DNA from: Girardia tigrina
Taxonomy: Eukaryota
Reading direction: 5' to 3'
Length of the DNA: 64,000 nucleotides
NCBI GenBank assembly: GCA_001938485.1
Contig: MQRK01226028.1
Coordinates: 1 to 64,000, forward strand
Shown: piece after piece, positions 53,204 through 64,000 of the stretch
Position numbering within the stretch: the stretch's first letter is position 1
Layout: each line of letters begins with the position of its first letter
Made by a program: the position numbers and the translations under genes
The notes under the pieces: model-generated
Told to the model about the DNA's origin: nothing
The model's database searches: none
The model's input: only the letters and a program-made list of their open reading frames with translations

Positions 53204-54001
53204 GGTTCTAGGACTGTTCATCCCCGGACTGTTCATCCCGGAATGTTCATCCCCGGACGTTTCATCTAAGCGGACGGTTCATCCCCGGACTGTTCATCCC
53301 CGGACGTTTCATCTAAGCGGACGGTTCATCCCCGGACTGTTCATCCAATTGATTAACTTAAACTTAATAATATAATCATAATTTGGCCTGGCCTATATGA
53401 CTAATCCGGCAAAGCGACTTGGCCTCAGTGAAGCGTGAGTTTGAAAATTTTATTGTGAGGGACTTATGTGAAAAGCTCATCCCATCAAATTTTTGAATAA
53501 ATAATTTTTATAGATAATATTTGAAATAAGTAAATATTTAAAATCNNNNNNNNNNNNNNNNNNNNNNNNNNNNNNNNNNNNNNNNNNNNNNNNNNNNNNN
53601 NNNNNNNNNNNNNNNNNNNNNNNNNNNNNNNNNNNNNNNNNNNNNNNNNNNNNNNNNNNNNNNNNNNNNNNNNNNNNNNNNNNNNNNNNNNNNNNNNNNN
53701 NNNNNNNNNNNNNNNNNNNNNNNNNNNNNNNNNNNNNNNNNNNNNNNNNNNNNNNNNNNNNNNNNNNNNNNNNNNNNNNNNNNNNNNNNGTAATAATAAT
53801 AAAATTTGTAATAATAATAATAAAAACTTTAGAAAAGTTCCTCTAAAAATTTTTATTAAAAATTTCAGATACATTTAATTCATTTTTACATGTTTTATTT
53901 TAATAATTTAACATCCAACTATTTTAAAAAAAAATTATTTCCATTTTCTATTATTGTTTGGATGAATAGTCCAGGATGAACAGTCCTTATCGGTTCTAGG
54001 A

Positions 54002-54038
<37 letters not shown>

Positions 54039-54202
54039 NNNNNNNNNNNNNNNNNNNNNNNNNNNNNNNNNNNNNNNNNNNNNNNNNNTATAATATTGTT
54101 CATCCCCGGACGTTTCATCTAACGTTTCATCCCCGGGATGAACAATCCGGGGATGAACCGTCCGCTTAGATGAAACGTCCGGGGATGAACAGTCCGGATA
54201 CC
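53204..54202. mobile_element. Mutator-type non-autonomous element with repeat-built TIRs
   Basis: 9-bp TSD GTCCAAAAT at 53195-53203 and 54203-54211. Both ends are inverted arrays of GGAC(T/G)GTTCATCCCC units. Confidence 0.8.
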
Positions 54203-54857
54203 GTCCAAAATTTGAGCGAAGTGATAATCAGGGATGTAAGATCTGGTTATTATGGTTGGTAACAGAGAATCTCATTTTTTAATATCTGTTTAATTAAATT
54301 TGTTTTGTTTCATTTTTTAAAATTATTTTTTCTTATATTTGTATAGAAAAATTAACTGAAAATAATTTAAAAAACAATAAAAACAATTCTAAAAAAAATA
54401 TTCAATTTAAAGTATATAAAGATTTTAAATATAAAATATATTAAGCATACCTTGAAAATTTCAAATAATTTTTTAAAATAAATATTTAAACTTATTTAAT
54501 ACACTCAGGACATTGAATTTTGACACTCTTAATATTTATAAGTTGTTAGTTTTTAAAATCATTTTTAAAATCATTAGTTTTTATATCATTTTCAAAATTC
54601 GAATGAGAATTCGTAATTATCAAAAATTTATTTCGGAATAAGTTATTATTTTAAATTAAATACTTCAAATTGTGTTCATATTTATTTTATGTTGTTTATT
54701 TGGATTTATGAATTTAGGTTGTTTTTTAATTTTTAAAATAATAATATTTAATTGGAATTTTCTAAATAAGTTATTTGGCGAAATGAAACGTTAAATAAAT
54801 CATTATACATCGTGTATAAAAAAAACAAAACTGTGAAAAAATAATAATAACTTGTAT

Positions 54858-55088
54858 TTATAATGGTGAAACATGAAGCTCTGTGAAATGTCCATGATTT
54901 TCCAAACATTTTTCGAGACGGTGAATGAAACAGCGATGAACCGCTGAAAGAGTGTCACAAAAATCAGGTGCTGTACGCATTTCATTAAATGAACGATAAA
55001 TGCAAGCTCGTAACTGTTCTGTGTTATCAAATGGTGAATGTGCATAAATTTTGTTTTTTACTGCACCCCATAAGAAAAAATCACACAC
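54858..55088 (-). mobile_element. rosa/DD41D-like Tc1-mariner transposase C-terminal remnant
   Basis: CDFFLWGAVKNKIY...RLEKCLENHGHF matches the DFFLWG...G.HFE tail pattern. Confidence 0.7.
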
Positions 55089-55099
55089 AATTTTTTGAT

Positions 55100-57600
55100 T
55101 ATCATAATAGTTATTTTAATAAAATTGGTAGAATATTCACCCACTTTGTAAGTTGCTTGCGTTCCTGTTTCAACCGTCTTGTTCTTCTATTTTATATTTT
55201 GTCTTAAGTTCTCTGGGTCGTTTAAATGTCCCTGTACCATGTTTGTATGTCTATTTTCCTCCCAAATACTGCTTCTGCTGGGCTACACCCTATCATTTTC
55301 TGTTTTCTAGCGTTTATCGCAAATTATACCTCTGGTAATATGTCTGCCCAACTCATGGAGTTTCTCTCTTTAAGACTTTCTTGGATGAACTCCCGAATAG
55401 TTCAGAATTACCTCTCAATTATCTCATTGGTATTATGGTGATACGAACTTGAAAAGATCAGTTTAATGCCCCTTGCCTCCAACATTTCTTTAACTCTTTT
55501 CGATTCAAAACTTTTTCCACAATCGAAATACATCTCTTTTGGTGCACCGAATTTTAGTATCCACTTTTGTAATATGGTTTGTATAATCGTTTCTTCATCC
55601 TGTCTTTTAATAGCTGTCAAGCTTACATATTTGCTGAAATGGTCTATAATTCAGAAAATGTACTTCTCTCTTCTTATTGTTTCGTTCCACGGTCCACAAA
55701 TGTCTATTTTTATCTTTTCGAATATTTCTGCAGCTGTTATATTTAGACTTTCTTCCTTTGATTTTGTAGTTCTTGTCTTCGTTTGTTGACATTCTACGCA
55801 TGACTCCACTACCTCTTTTACTGTTTTCTTTCTTCTTCCATATCGAATTTGTCTCTCAAGTATTCATAAACCTTTTCGGTCCGTGCGTGACATAATAATC
55901 TGTGTGTTTGAATAATTATGTCATTCCGTTTTTCTTTAGGTATCCATTCTTTCTGTCCTGCTCTTGCTTCGCTTCTCGTAGTTACTGCTAATAGCCTAGT
56001 TTTGTTTTTACCATTTTTCGCTTCTTCATGTTCCATTTGGCACTGAGTATACGTTTCGCAATTTCGTCTAGATAACATATCCGCGTTGCCATGTAATTCC
56101 CGTTTTCTGTATTCTATTTCGATATCAAGACTGCTTAAATAGTTCATCCATGTTTGGAACTGAGCAGTTAACGGTTTTTTTATTTGAAACATGAAAGTAA
56201 TCGTTTTATGGTCTGTTCATAATTTAAACTTCTTTCCATACAAATAGTGATTGAAATGCTGACAGAAATAAAAAATCGCTAAAAGTTCCTTCCTGGTTAG
56301 GTAGTACCCTCTTTCATGCGCGGACATTGTGTGTGATCCATATGCTACAGCTTGTTCTCTACCTGAATCGTTTATCTGTGATAACACTGCCCCTATGTTG
56401 TCGAAGCTGGCATCCGTGTCTAAGATAAACTGTTTATTAAAGTCCGGGAAGCTCAATATTGGTGCCGATATTAATGTTCTTTTCATATCTTGAAATGCTA
56501 TTTCGCACGCGTCTGTCCATTCCAGTTTTTCTTTGTTTGACCCACACATTCCTTCTAATACTTTAGCTTTCTTCGCATATCCGTTAATAAATCTCCTGTA
56601 ATAATTGCAGATTCCCAAAAAACTCCTCAAATTCTTAATGCACTTCGGTCTTTGAAAATTTTCAATCGCAGCGATTTTTTCTGGATCTGTCTGTATTCTA
56701 TTGTGATTAATTATATGTCCTGAAAATTTCACCTCTTGTCTTAATATCTTGCATTTTGATGGTTTTATCCTCAATCCTGTTTTCATAATTCTTTCGAAAA
56801 CATCTTTGACCACATTGTAGTGCTCCTCTTTTGTCCTTGTTGCAATTAATATGTCATCTAAGTAAACTGACGCTCCCTTTTTTACCGGTTTCAAAACATT
56901 AATCATTAATTCCTGAAACGTTCCTGGTGCTGCTGATATGCCGAAAGGCATACGTCTGAAGCAAAATTGCCCTGATTTCGTTTAAAATGCCGTCTTTTCT
57001 TGCGACTCCTTGCCTAATTCTACTTGGTAGTACGCATTTCATAAGTCTATTGTACTGAAATATTTGGCTCTTTGTAACCTATTCATCATCTCTGTTATGT
57101 TCGGCATGGGGAATGCTTGTCTCTTTGTAATAAGGTTTAATTCTCTAAAGTCTAGGCATAGTCTGATTTCATCCTTGTCCTTTTTCCAGACACTTACTAT
57201 CGGTGTGTTCCATTGTGAGTTACATGGTCTTATTATTACATTTGCTCCTAGGTTCTTAATTGCTTCTTTTAATTTACCCTCTAAATGCACCGGCTGTCTT
57301 CTTGGTTTTATATTGATTCTTCCCCCCGTTGTTTCTATTGTATGACATAATAAATTCGTGCACCCGATACCCCAGTCGTTTTCCATAAATATGCATCGAT
57401 ATTGGTGGATTAATTTTTTTATTGATTTATCGTTCTGAGTTTCTATCGGTTTTAATGCCTCTTTACCTCGATTTTCATCCGTAATCTTTTCCCCAAATTT
57501 CGCCTCGATTTCGCATATATTGGTTTTACTATTTTCTTGATTTTGTTCTTTCCATTGTAGTTCTATCCCGAACTCCCAACACTTCATATACTATTGTTGG
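55100..57600 (-). mobile_element. Ty3/gypsy pol fragment (RT-RNase H-integrase), pseudogenised
   Basis: RLCLDFRELN, MPFGISAAPGTFQ, VYLDDILI, LDTDAS, KELLAI, HRLLCH and KFGAPKEMYFDCG...YHHNTNEIIER, with several stops and frameshifts. No LTRs found. Confidence 0.93.
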
Positions 57601-58749
57601 AAGAATCCTTTAGGTCCTTTTTTAGAGTCAGATTAAAAATTTAATTTAAACAAGGATAAAATCGAGTTTTAATTCCAGTACCCAACAAAATACCGTATTT
57701 TTCGGTAGATAACACGTTCCATTATCTATACAATAATGCTAAATTTTGTCAAAATATGAACTGTGAATCCTGTATTGGTAATAACGATGTATACCTCTTA
57801 TTACCACTTATGTATACCACCATGCCTGCTATGCGCGTTATCTTTATATAAAAATTGAAGCCAAAAAGTAAGAGTTTCGCGTTATACAATAGGTGTGCGT
57901 TGTCTACAGGAAAATATAGTATTATAATTGTTAGTTGTATTGACATAATCTTCAGTGATATGTTTGATTTAGGATTCAAAATCATACTAGCACAATAAAT
58001 TATTAATGAAAATGACATAAATTTAAACAAATTTATTTTCGTTAATCCAATGTAATCATTTCTCTAAAATCCATTAATAAAATATTCTTTAAAATAAAAT
58101 TTCTACTTTTTTATAAATTATGAAACTTTTACTATTAAAATTTATTTCTGAAATTTAAGCTTTTTTTAAAACAATATTTATCTTAACTTTAAATTTAATT
58201 TCTTTCAAAATAATTTCGTTCTTGTGATGTGGCTGGCTATAAGGATTTGGCATGTACCGGGCCTCTGAACTGTGGAGGGTCCTTTCAGCCATGAATCTGG
58301 GTGGGACACCGCGTCGAACTTCGAAGGACCAATAAGTTGTGCCACCTGCAAGGTACCGATCCCATGATGTTTATGTTGTGATGCTCAGTGGTTTGATACA
58401 AACAGGTAACTCACTAACAGAGTCCACTGACGAAATCTGCTTCAACCATATCGTTGGACCCATGTCGAGCAAAGCGCGTTTCTTTTGAGCCGTGAACGTG
58501 ATCTGATCGCACGCCATGCAAATCTTATCATCGACATTGAGCGATTCTAAATTACTCGATATGATATGTTTGCCATTAATGAATTTTCCATTCACTCTTT
58601 CGAGATCGAATTGGTCATTTAGAAACCATTCGAAATTATTTTTAAACACGAAAACTTTACGACGAATAGTTTGTAACGAATAAATACATTTTTTTCATTT
58701 AAAATTTGTGTATACTTACACGTGTTAAAATAAGTACATTTTCACTTTA

Positions 58750-60344
58750 TTGAACGGTCTCTCTGGAGAAGTGATGATGAAACACGAAGATGGAAGTTTC
58801 CTTGAGATCAACAGATTAGCCTATGCGGACGACCTCTACCTCATCGATACGGACTGGAACAACCTGATAAATAATTTGAACATTTTAAGGGCATCCTTTT
58901 TAGATTTAGCTCTCAAAGCTAACATCGATAAAACCAAAATTTTGAACTTAAACGGAGATACTCGGAGCCTCACTGTTGGGTACCAACTTGAGGCCGGTAT
59001 TGAGTGAGTCTCTAGCTTTTGTTACCTAGGATACACGATCTTTTCAGCAGAAAGCGTTGACGCGAAAGTGAAGAAAAGAATGAAGAAAGGAACCCAGAAG
59101 ATCAGGGACTTGAAACAAATGTTAAAGAGCTCCAAACTGACTATGAGGAATAAGAAGAAAATTATCAACGCATACATAATCTCCGTAGTCTACTACGGCT
59201 GTAAAAGCTGGAGAACTGCGAACAGGAACATTGAGAAGTTGCATGCTCTTTATAACCTATGCACGCACATAGTTAGGAAGAAACACAAGATTGAAAAGAT
59301 CCATGTGGATATCCTGGACATTGGACTCCCAAATCCTATGAATATTTTGCGAGTAAAAGGCTTACTTTCCACAGTAAGACGGAAACTTCAGAGAAGTACG
59401 AGACAATCAAACGAATCTGGAAGAGAGAAATACAGATGGGGAAAAAGATCAGTGGGAGAAAGAAGCAATCAATCTCTGAATGTCTTCTAGTGAACATACA
59501 GTAGCGATTTGGGGATGATGCGGTGTATAGATTTCATTAATCGCATCATTCATAGAGACCCTACTGTATTGAAGGAAACATACATAAACTTCTTAATTCG
59601 ATTAGGAAGACTCAATAGGACAAGAACAACTGTGCCGAAGCTAATGACCGAGGGAGAAAAACGTCCCCAATGTCCAGTAGAAAGATGCTACAAGGAGTTT
59701 TCCGTAAAGAAAGGACTGAACAGACACACCAAAAGGGACCATGCGATGTCAGCTTCCGCTAATCTAGATCATTCCAACTAAACACAACAACAGTAAATAG
59801 CATTTCCATGTACACTGTGTAAAAATTCATACAAAACGAAGGGATTTCTGACAAGGCACTTCTGCTGGAATCATAAATTGGAGGATGCCGAAGAAATTGG
59901 AGTACCGCCAATGACACCAGGGCAAACCAGTTCAACGAATAACACGGAAGAAAGAGTCTCAGAAAACCTCAACATTCCAGGCAACCAGTTTCAATCAGTG
60001 ATAGACCCCCCGGCTATCTCGACTGCAATGGAGGAAGTTATAGGTACTGAAGAAACACATCTGACGTTTAGGATTGCAGATCTAACTGAAAGGGGAGAGT
60101 TCAGATGTCCCTTTCACGGCTGTACGAAGTCCACGAATACAGCCAAAAGTATTCAGAAACAAGGATATGCAACCCATGGATGTTCGTTTCTTACAGAGAA
60201 GCCGAAAAGATCTCGGAGACCGAAACTGTCCGACCCCGTAGGAGGCCTATCGGGGTGCTGCTAGTGATTCTTTAGTTTGGATGGACCCTCTAAAGAGCCT
60301 AGAGGTTCAATACCACTTGAAAGTAATGGGAGACCCACATTATT
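58750..60344 (+). mobile_element. 3' half of an APE-type (RTE-like) LINE: RT C-terminal part, C2H2 fingers and 3'UTR
   Basis: LAYADDL, NIDKTK, FCYLG and YGCKSW; fingers CPVERC...HTKRDH, CTLC...HFCWNH and CPFHGC; short ATTATTA tail at ~60338-60344. Confidence 0.8.
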
Positions 60345-61474
60345 AGAGATTATTCTTTTCTCTGCGCTCTTCCAACTGTTATCCATCTCAGTGCACTCTT
60401 TCGTCAGTTCAGCTGTAATTGATTCTTTCTTTTCCATTAAAAGTAATTTGTCCAGTTTTTTCTGCCTCCGAGGTTTCCTTCTCTTAGATCTTTTCTTTTT
60501 CTGAGACAATGACTTTAACACTACCAAGTCATTGTCTGATCCGTAGTCAAGACCTGGGTAGCTCTTGACATCGATTATTCTACTGCAACTTTTCTGGTCC
60601 GTGAGGAAGAAATCTAGTAGCTCTCTGCGCTTAGTTGCTGGATGTTCCCAGCTAGTTCTTTGAGACATTTTAGGCTTGTAAAATGTGTTCTTAATCCATA
60701 AACCTCTGGAGGCAGCAAGTTCCATTAGAAGCTCACTACTCTCTGAAGTGTGGTGAGCTGACGCGTAAATTCCAACAATATTTCTGCATTCATCATTTTT
60801 CCGAATTCTACAGTTGAAGTCACCTCCAATAATGAATTGGTACTTTTTCGTTTCAGCGATCTTTTTCATCTTTATCGTTAACTCGTTGAGTTTCTCATAG
60901 AAGCTTCGTCTCTCTTCTATTGTGTATCCAGACTCTGTTGGAGCGTAAACTCCAATCAATATTAGTTCCCTGCTCGGTATAATACAGGTAAAAATTCTTT
61001 CGTCAGCGCATTCAAATTAAATGTCATCACAATCAGTCTTCTTTATTATCAGAGCCGTACGACATTCTCTTCTCTCACCCACATTTCTGCCAGTGTATAG
61101 TAATTTCCTTGAACCATGTTCGTGTGTTTCTTGATTCCAGAAATGTGTCTCAGGGAGGATATACATGTCTATGTGAATCATTTCTGATATTTCAACAAGA
61201 TTCAATAGTTTATCATCGTTCAACCCCCGAACGTTCCAGTTACCAACTCTCAATCTGACGGCGGAGTTCTTCTCGAGTGACTCACATCTCGAGAGCATAA
61301 TGACTTCGGGTCCTTCCAGACCCCTGATTTGAGTTTTTGTAGCGATCGTGTTAAGGATTAGGTTGGGTTGCTGGCCCAACCGTCCTTGTCTCTCAGTTTA
61401 GCCTAGGGACGGAAATTCACCCAGCCTAGTTTATCAGGACTGCTCCACGGGGAGGCAAGAGACATTACAATCCC
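60345..61474 (-). mobile_element. 5' half of an APE-type (RTE-like) LINE: 5'UTR and AP endonuclease
   Basis: VGNWNVRGL, LPETH, GVYAPT, IGGDFN, LLDFF and SDN(H)-type APE motifs. Confidence 0.88.
61387..61474 (-). ncRNA. HDV-like self-cleaving ribozyme at the LINE 5' end
   Basis: Minus strand: P1 GGGATTGT/GCAGTCCT (terminal G.U), P2 TGTCTCTT/GAGAGACA, P3 CC/GG closing L3 TCCCCGT, P4 CTAGG/CCTAG, and J4/2 GCTAA containing the candidate catalytic C. Confidence 0.72.
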
Positions 61475-62399
61475 AATAATTAATCTTAACTTTTTAACTT
61501 ACGATTTTTGTTTATTTTGTTAGAGTTCTAAAAAAATACATGTGAACACTTTGATAAAATTTTATAAAGGAAAATTTTTAAATAATTCTTTTAGTAAAAT
61601 TATTAATTTCAAACGAAATGATATTTAGTTTAATAAAACTTGGAATTAAAAATTATAAATGTTTGTTATACTTCATCAAAAATTATAAATATTTTACTCT
61701 TTGTTTTATCTCATCAATTTTCAAGGCTGAGGAAAATTACTATACAAACAACATCAAATCTAGTTTTAGTTGCCCAAAAATATTTGCAAGAAAATCAACC
61801 AAGAGAAATCGTGTTAACAAGTAACGTAAAATCTTATTTTATTTTTATTTTATTAAAATATTAATCATACAAACCATAAGTACCCCGTATGGGAGAAGAA
61901 GGTTTGTTTTAAATTTCAATATCGTTCGTTTTGGGAGATTAACAGCTTTTACTGTAATCTATTAACTCGTTGGAAATATTGTTTTGTGTTTTGTTCTGCC
62001 ATCAAGAATTGAATTATTATTATTATTTTTGACTTGTTAATTCTGTTATTTGAAATAAAATTTCATAAAAGAATTTGTGTTCATTATTCATATATTTATG
62101 TTGGAAGTCCTTTCTCATTAATTGGAGTCAGATTATAGATTAAAGATTATTGATTAAAGAATAAAGAATAGAGATTTACGATTAAAGATAAAGATTTAAG
62201 ATTTGTGTTTAAAAAGTGAATAATTGGAATTAAAGACATTTTAATAAATCCCAACAATTTTAAATATTATGTAGTTTTTTAGTTTAAAAATCCTTTTCTC
62301 CTACTTTTTAGATTTTTAAACTATGTACTTTTTTATGTTGTTTGTAATTAATAATTACTAATTATTTAAATTTTAATAAGAAATTAAAAAAATAATCGC

Positions 62400-62820
62400 C
62401 AATTTTTATTAAAATCAAATTTTATTGTCGCAATATATTTCGGTGGATTTTCCACAATCTTCAGGCTGAATTAACAACAATTTTGATGTCTTATATATAA
62501 CAAATTGATGATTATGCAAACATCTTGCGCAATAACTAATTAAATATTTTCAACAAAGTGGAAGAGAGACTTGTTTGGACATTAATGGACGAATTAAATT
62601 GTTAAGTTTTTTATCTTGCGCAGTAATTTTATCATTAATTAATTTTTCGGAAATACTATCAGAAAATTTATTACACAATTGAAAGCAATAATCATCACTT
62701 ACATTTTTAAGAGCAGCTTCAACTTTTGTAAATTCGTTCATCAGTCGACTTCTGTATTTTTTCTCGATCATTCTTTTCCGAATATTTCTGTGAATTCTTC
62801 TTATATCCACCGGCAATAAG
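62400..62820 (-). mobile_element. Penelope-like remnant with a hammerhead-like motif at 62431-62468
   Basis: Minus strand CTGAAGA-TTGTGGA AAA TCCACC-GAAA-TATATT is the same motif family as 9581-9620. The upstream helical ORF fragment (QDKKLNNL) resembles PLE N-terminal regions. Confidence 0.5.
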
Positions 62821-64000
62821 TGTAAAGTGACAACTTTACTTCAACAATAAATTATTTTTAATTCAATTTTTGTTGAATTAAAAATAATGATTTTTAATTC
62901 TTGTTAAATTAAAAATAATGATTTTTTATCGATTGTTTAAATCGATAGATTTTGTTTAAAATATATTTTTTAAATAACCGATCTCGTTTTCTTTTATCTA
63001 TTTAAATTATCAAATATTTAAATAATGCAAGAAGATTACAATGGTGTCAGAAGTGGTTCGCTTGAGTGCAACCACGCAAGCTCAAAAATTCCTCCAATCT
63101 TCGACAATATTGAGATCTGGTTCAAGCAAATCGATGCGATATTCCGGATTTCCAACATCTCCACGGAACAGACTAAATTTTTGCATCTTACTGTGAATAT
63201 ACCTCCTCAGATATTAACGGAGTTCCAAGAATTCTTCAAATCAAATTCCACAACACCGTTCTCTGATCTCCGGCATGCGATTATCATCAGTCGCAAAGTT
63301 CCAGTCTCAGTCCATTTCGATGAAATATTCAACAACAACATTCTTGGCGACCGCCGTCCCTCAGAATATCTGAGAATCCTGCAGCGACACTACCGTTGCC
63401 TGGGCGCCACAAGCAGCGACGAAAATATTTTGCGGACCGCATTTTTTCGTGCAATGCCGACCGATGTCCAAAGACTCCTGAATATCCAAAAAGCACTCTC
63501 GCTGAACGAATTGGCATATTTAGCCGATGATCTGTTGAATATCAAAGTTCCAGTTACCCTCAATTCGAGTGATACAATTTCAAACTCCGGATCCTACGCT
63601 AATGAGATCGCGCTCCTGGCCGCTGAAATCAATAAACTCAAAAAGCAAATCAATCTTGGCCAACAGGTTTATAGTTTATGTTTTAACATCGAAGGTATGG
63701 ACAAGTGGCTAGAAAATGCCAAAAGCCGTGCACCTGGAGCCTCTAGAATCCTTCAGGAAAAGACTAAGGGTTGGAATCACTCCGGTACTTCCAACCCTCG
63801 ACAAGCCACCGGATCAATTATCTTCGATTTTCACCGTTCTAGCGGTTTCCGAAAGTCAAGTCATCCAATTTCTGATCGACACGGGTGCTGATGTCAGCAT
63901 CCTCCCTTCCAAATAATTCAGAGCCGACAACACTTCTGCAATTCAAAAGCTTGTTTCAGCAAATGATCAGGACATTTCAACCTCTGGAACTCGCTCGCTA
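62821..64000 (+). mobile_element. 5' part of a Ty3/gypsy element (LTR, PBS, gag, protease), running off the window
   Basis: Putative LTR TG...CA at 62821-63040 and PBS TGGTGTCAGAAGTGG at 63042-63056 (complementary to a tRNA-Leu 3' end). The gag reads IPPIF.NIEIWF.QIDAIF...LGDRRPS and the protease FLIDTGADVS. Confidence 0.88.

Noticed and set aside
53204-53345. Repeat array superficially like a CRISPR
   Set aside because: The units are contiguous with no unique spacers, there are no cas genes, and the array is mirrored at the other end of a TSD-flanked element.
57749-58030. Hydrophobic 93-aa ORF as a receptor fragment
   Set aside because: The hydrophobicity is expected from AT-rich codons, and there is no diagnostic motif.
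58220-58649. RALLDMG as a retroviral-type protease site
   Set aside because: It is a single degenerate motif with no supporting gag or RT context; left unassigned.

Overview
This is very AT-rich, gapped scaffold sequence from a eukaryote, not a prokaryote; the transposon repertoire looks invertebrate-like, but the species cannot be named from this window. It is essentially a nested transposon graveyard. DNA transposons include five mariners from at least three subfamilies (Mos1/mauritiana-like, Hsmar1/cecropia-like, mellifera-like), Tc1 and IS630-like DD34E elements, a rosa-like remnant, two pogo elements, hAT remnants, a piggyBac MITE, a MULE-type element and a non-autonomous Helitron. Retroelements include three Ty3/gypsy elements, a BEL/Pao integrase remnant, Penelope-like remnants with hammerhead motifs, three RLE-type (NeSL/R2-like) non-LTR elements and a rearranged APE-type (RTE-like) LINE. 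The three most notable observations are: (1) two divergent NeSL-like elements share a tandem Ulp1 protease plus non-catalytic Ulp1-like domain architecture upstream of RT; (2) an HDV-like ribozyme fold sits exactly at the 5' end of the RTE-like LINE; (3) an intact 96-aa single-pass membrane ORF carries both PTAP and PPxY late-domain motifs. No rRNA, tRNA or CRISPR was seen. All family assignments are from motif recognition by eye, not from database searches.
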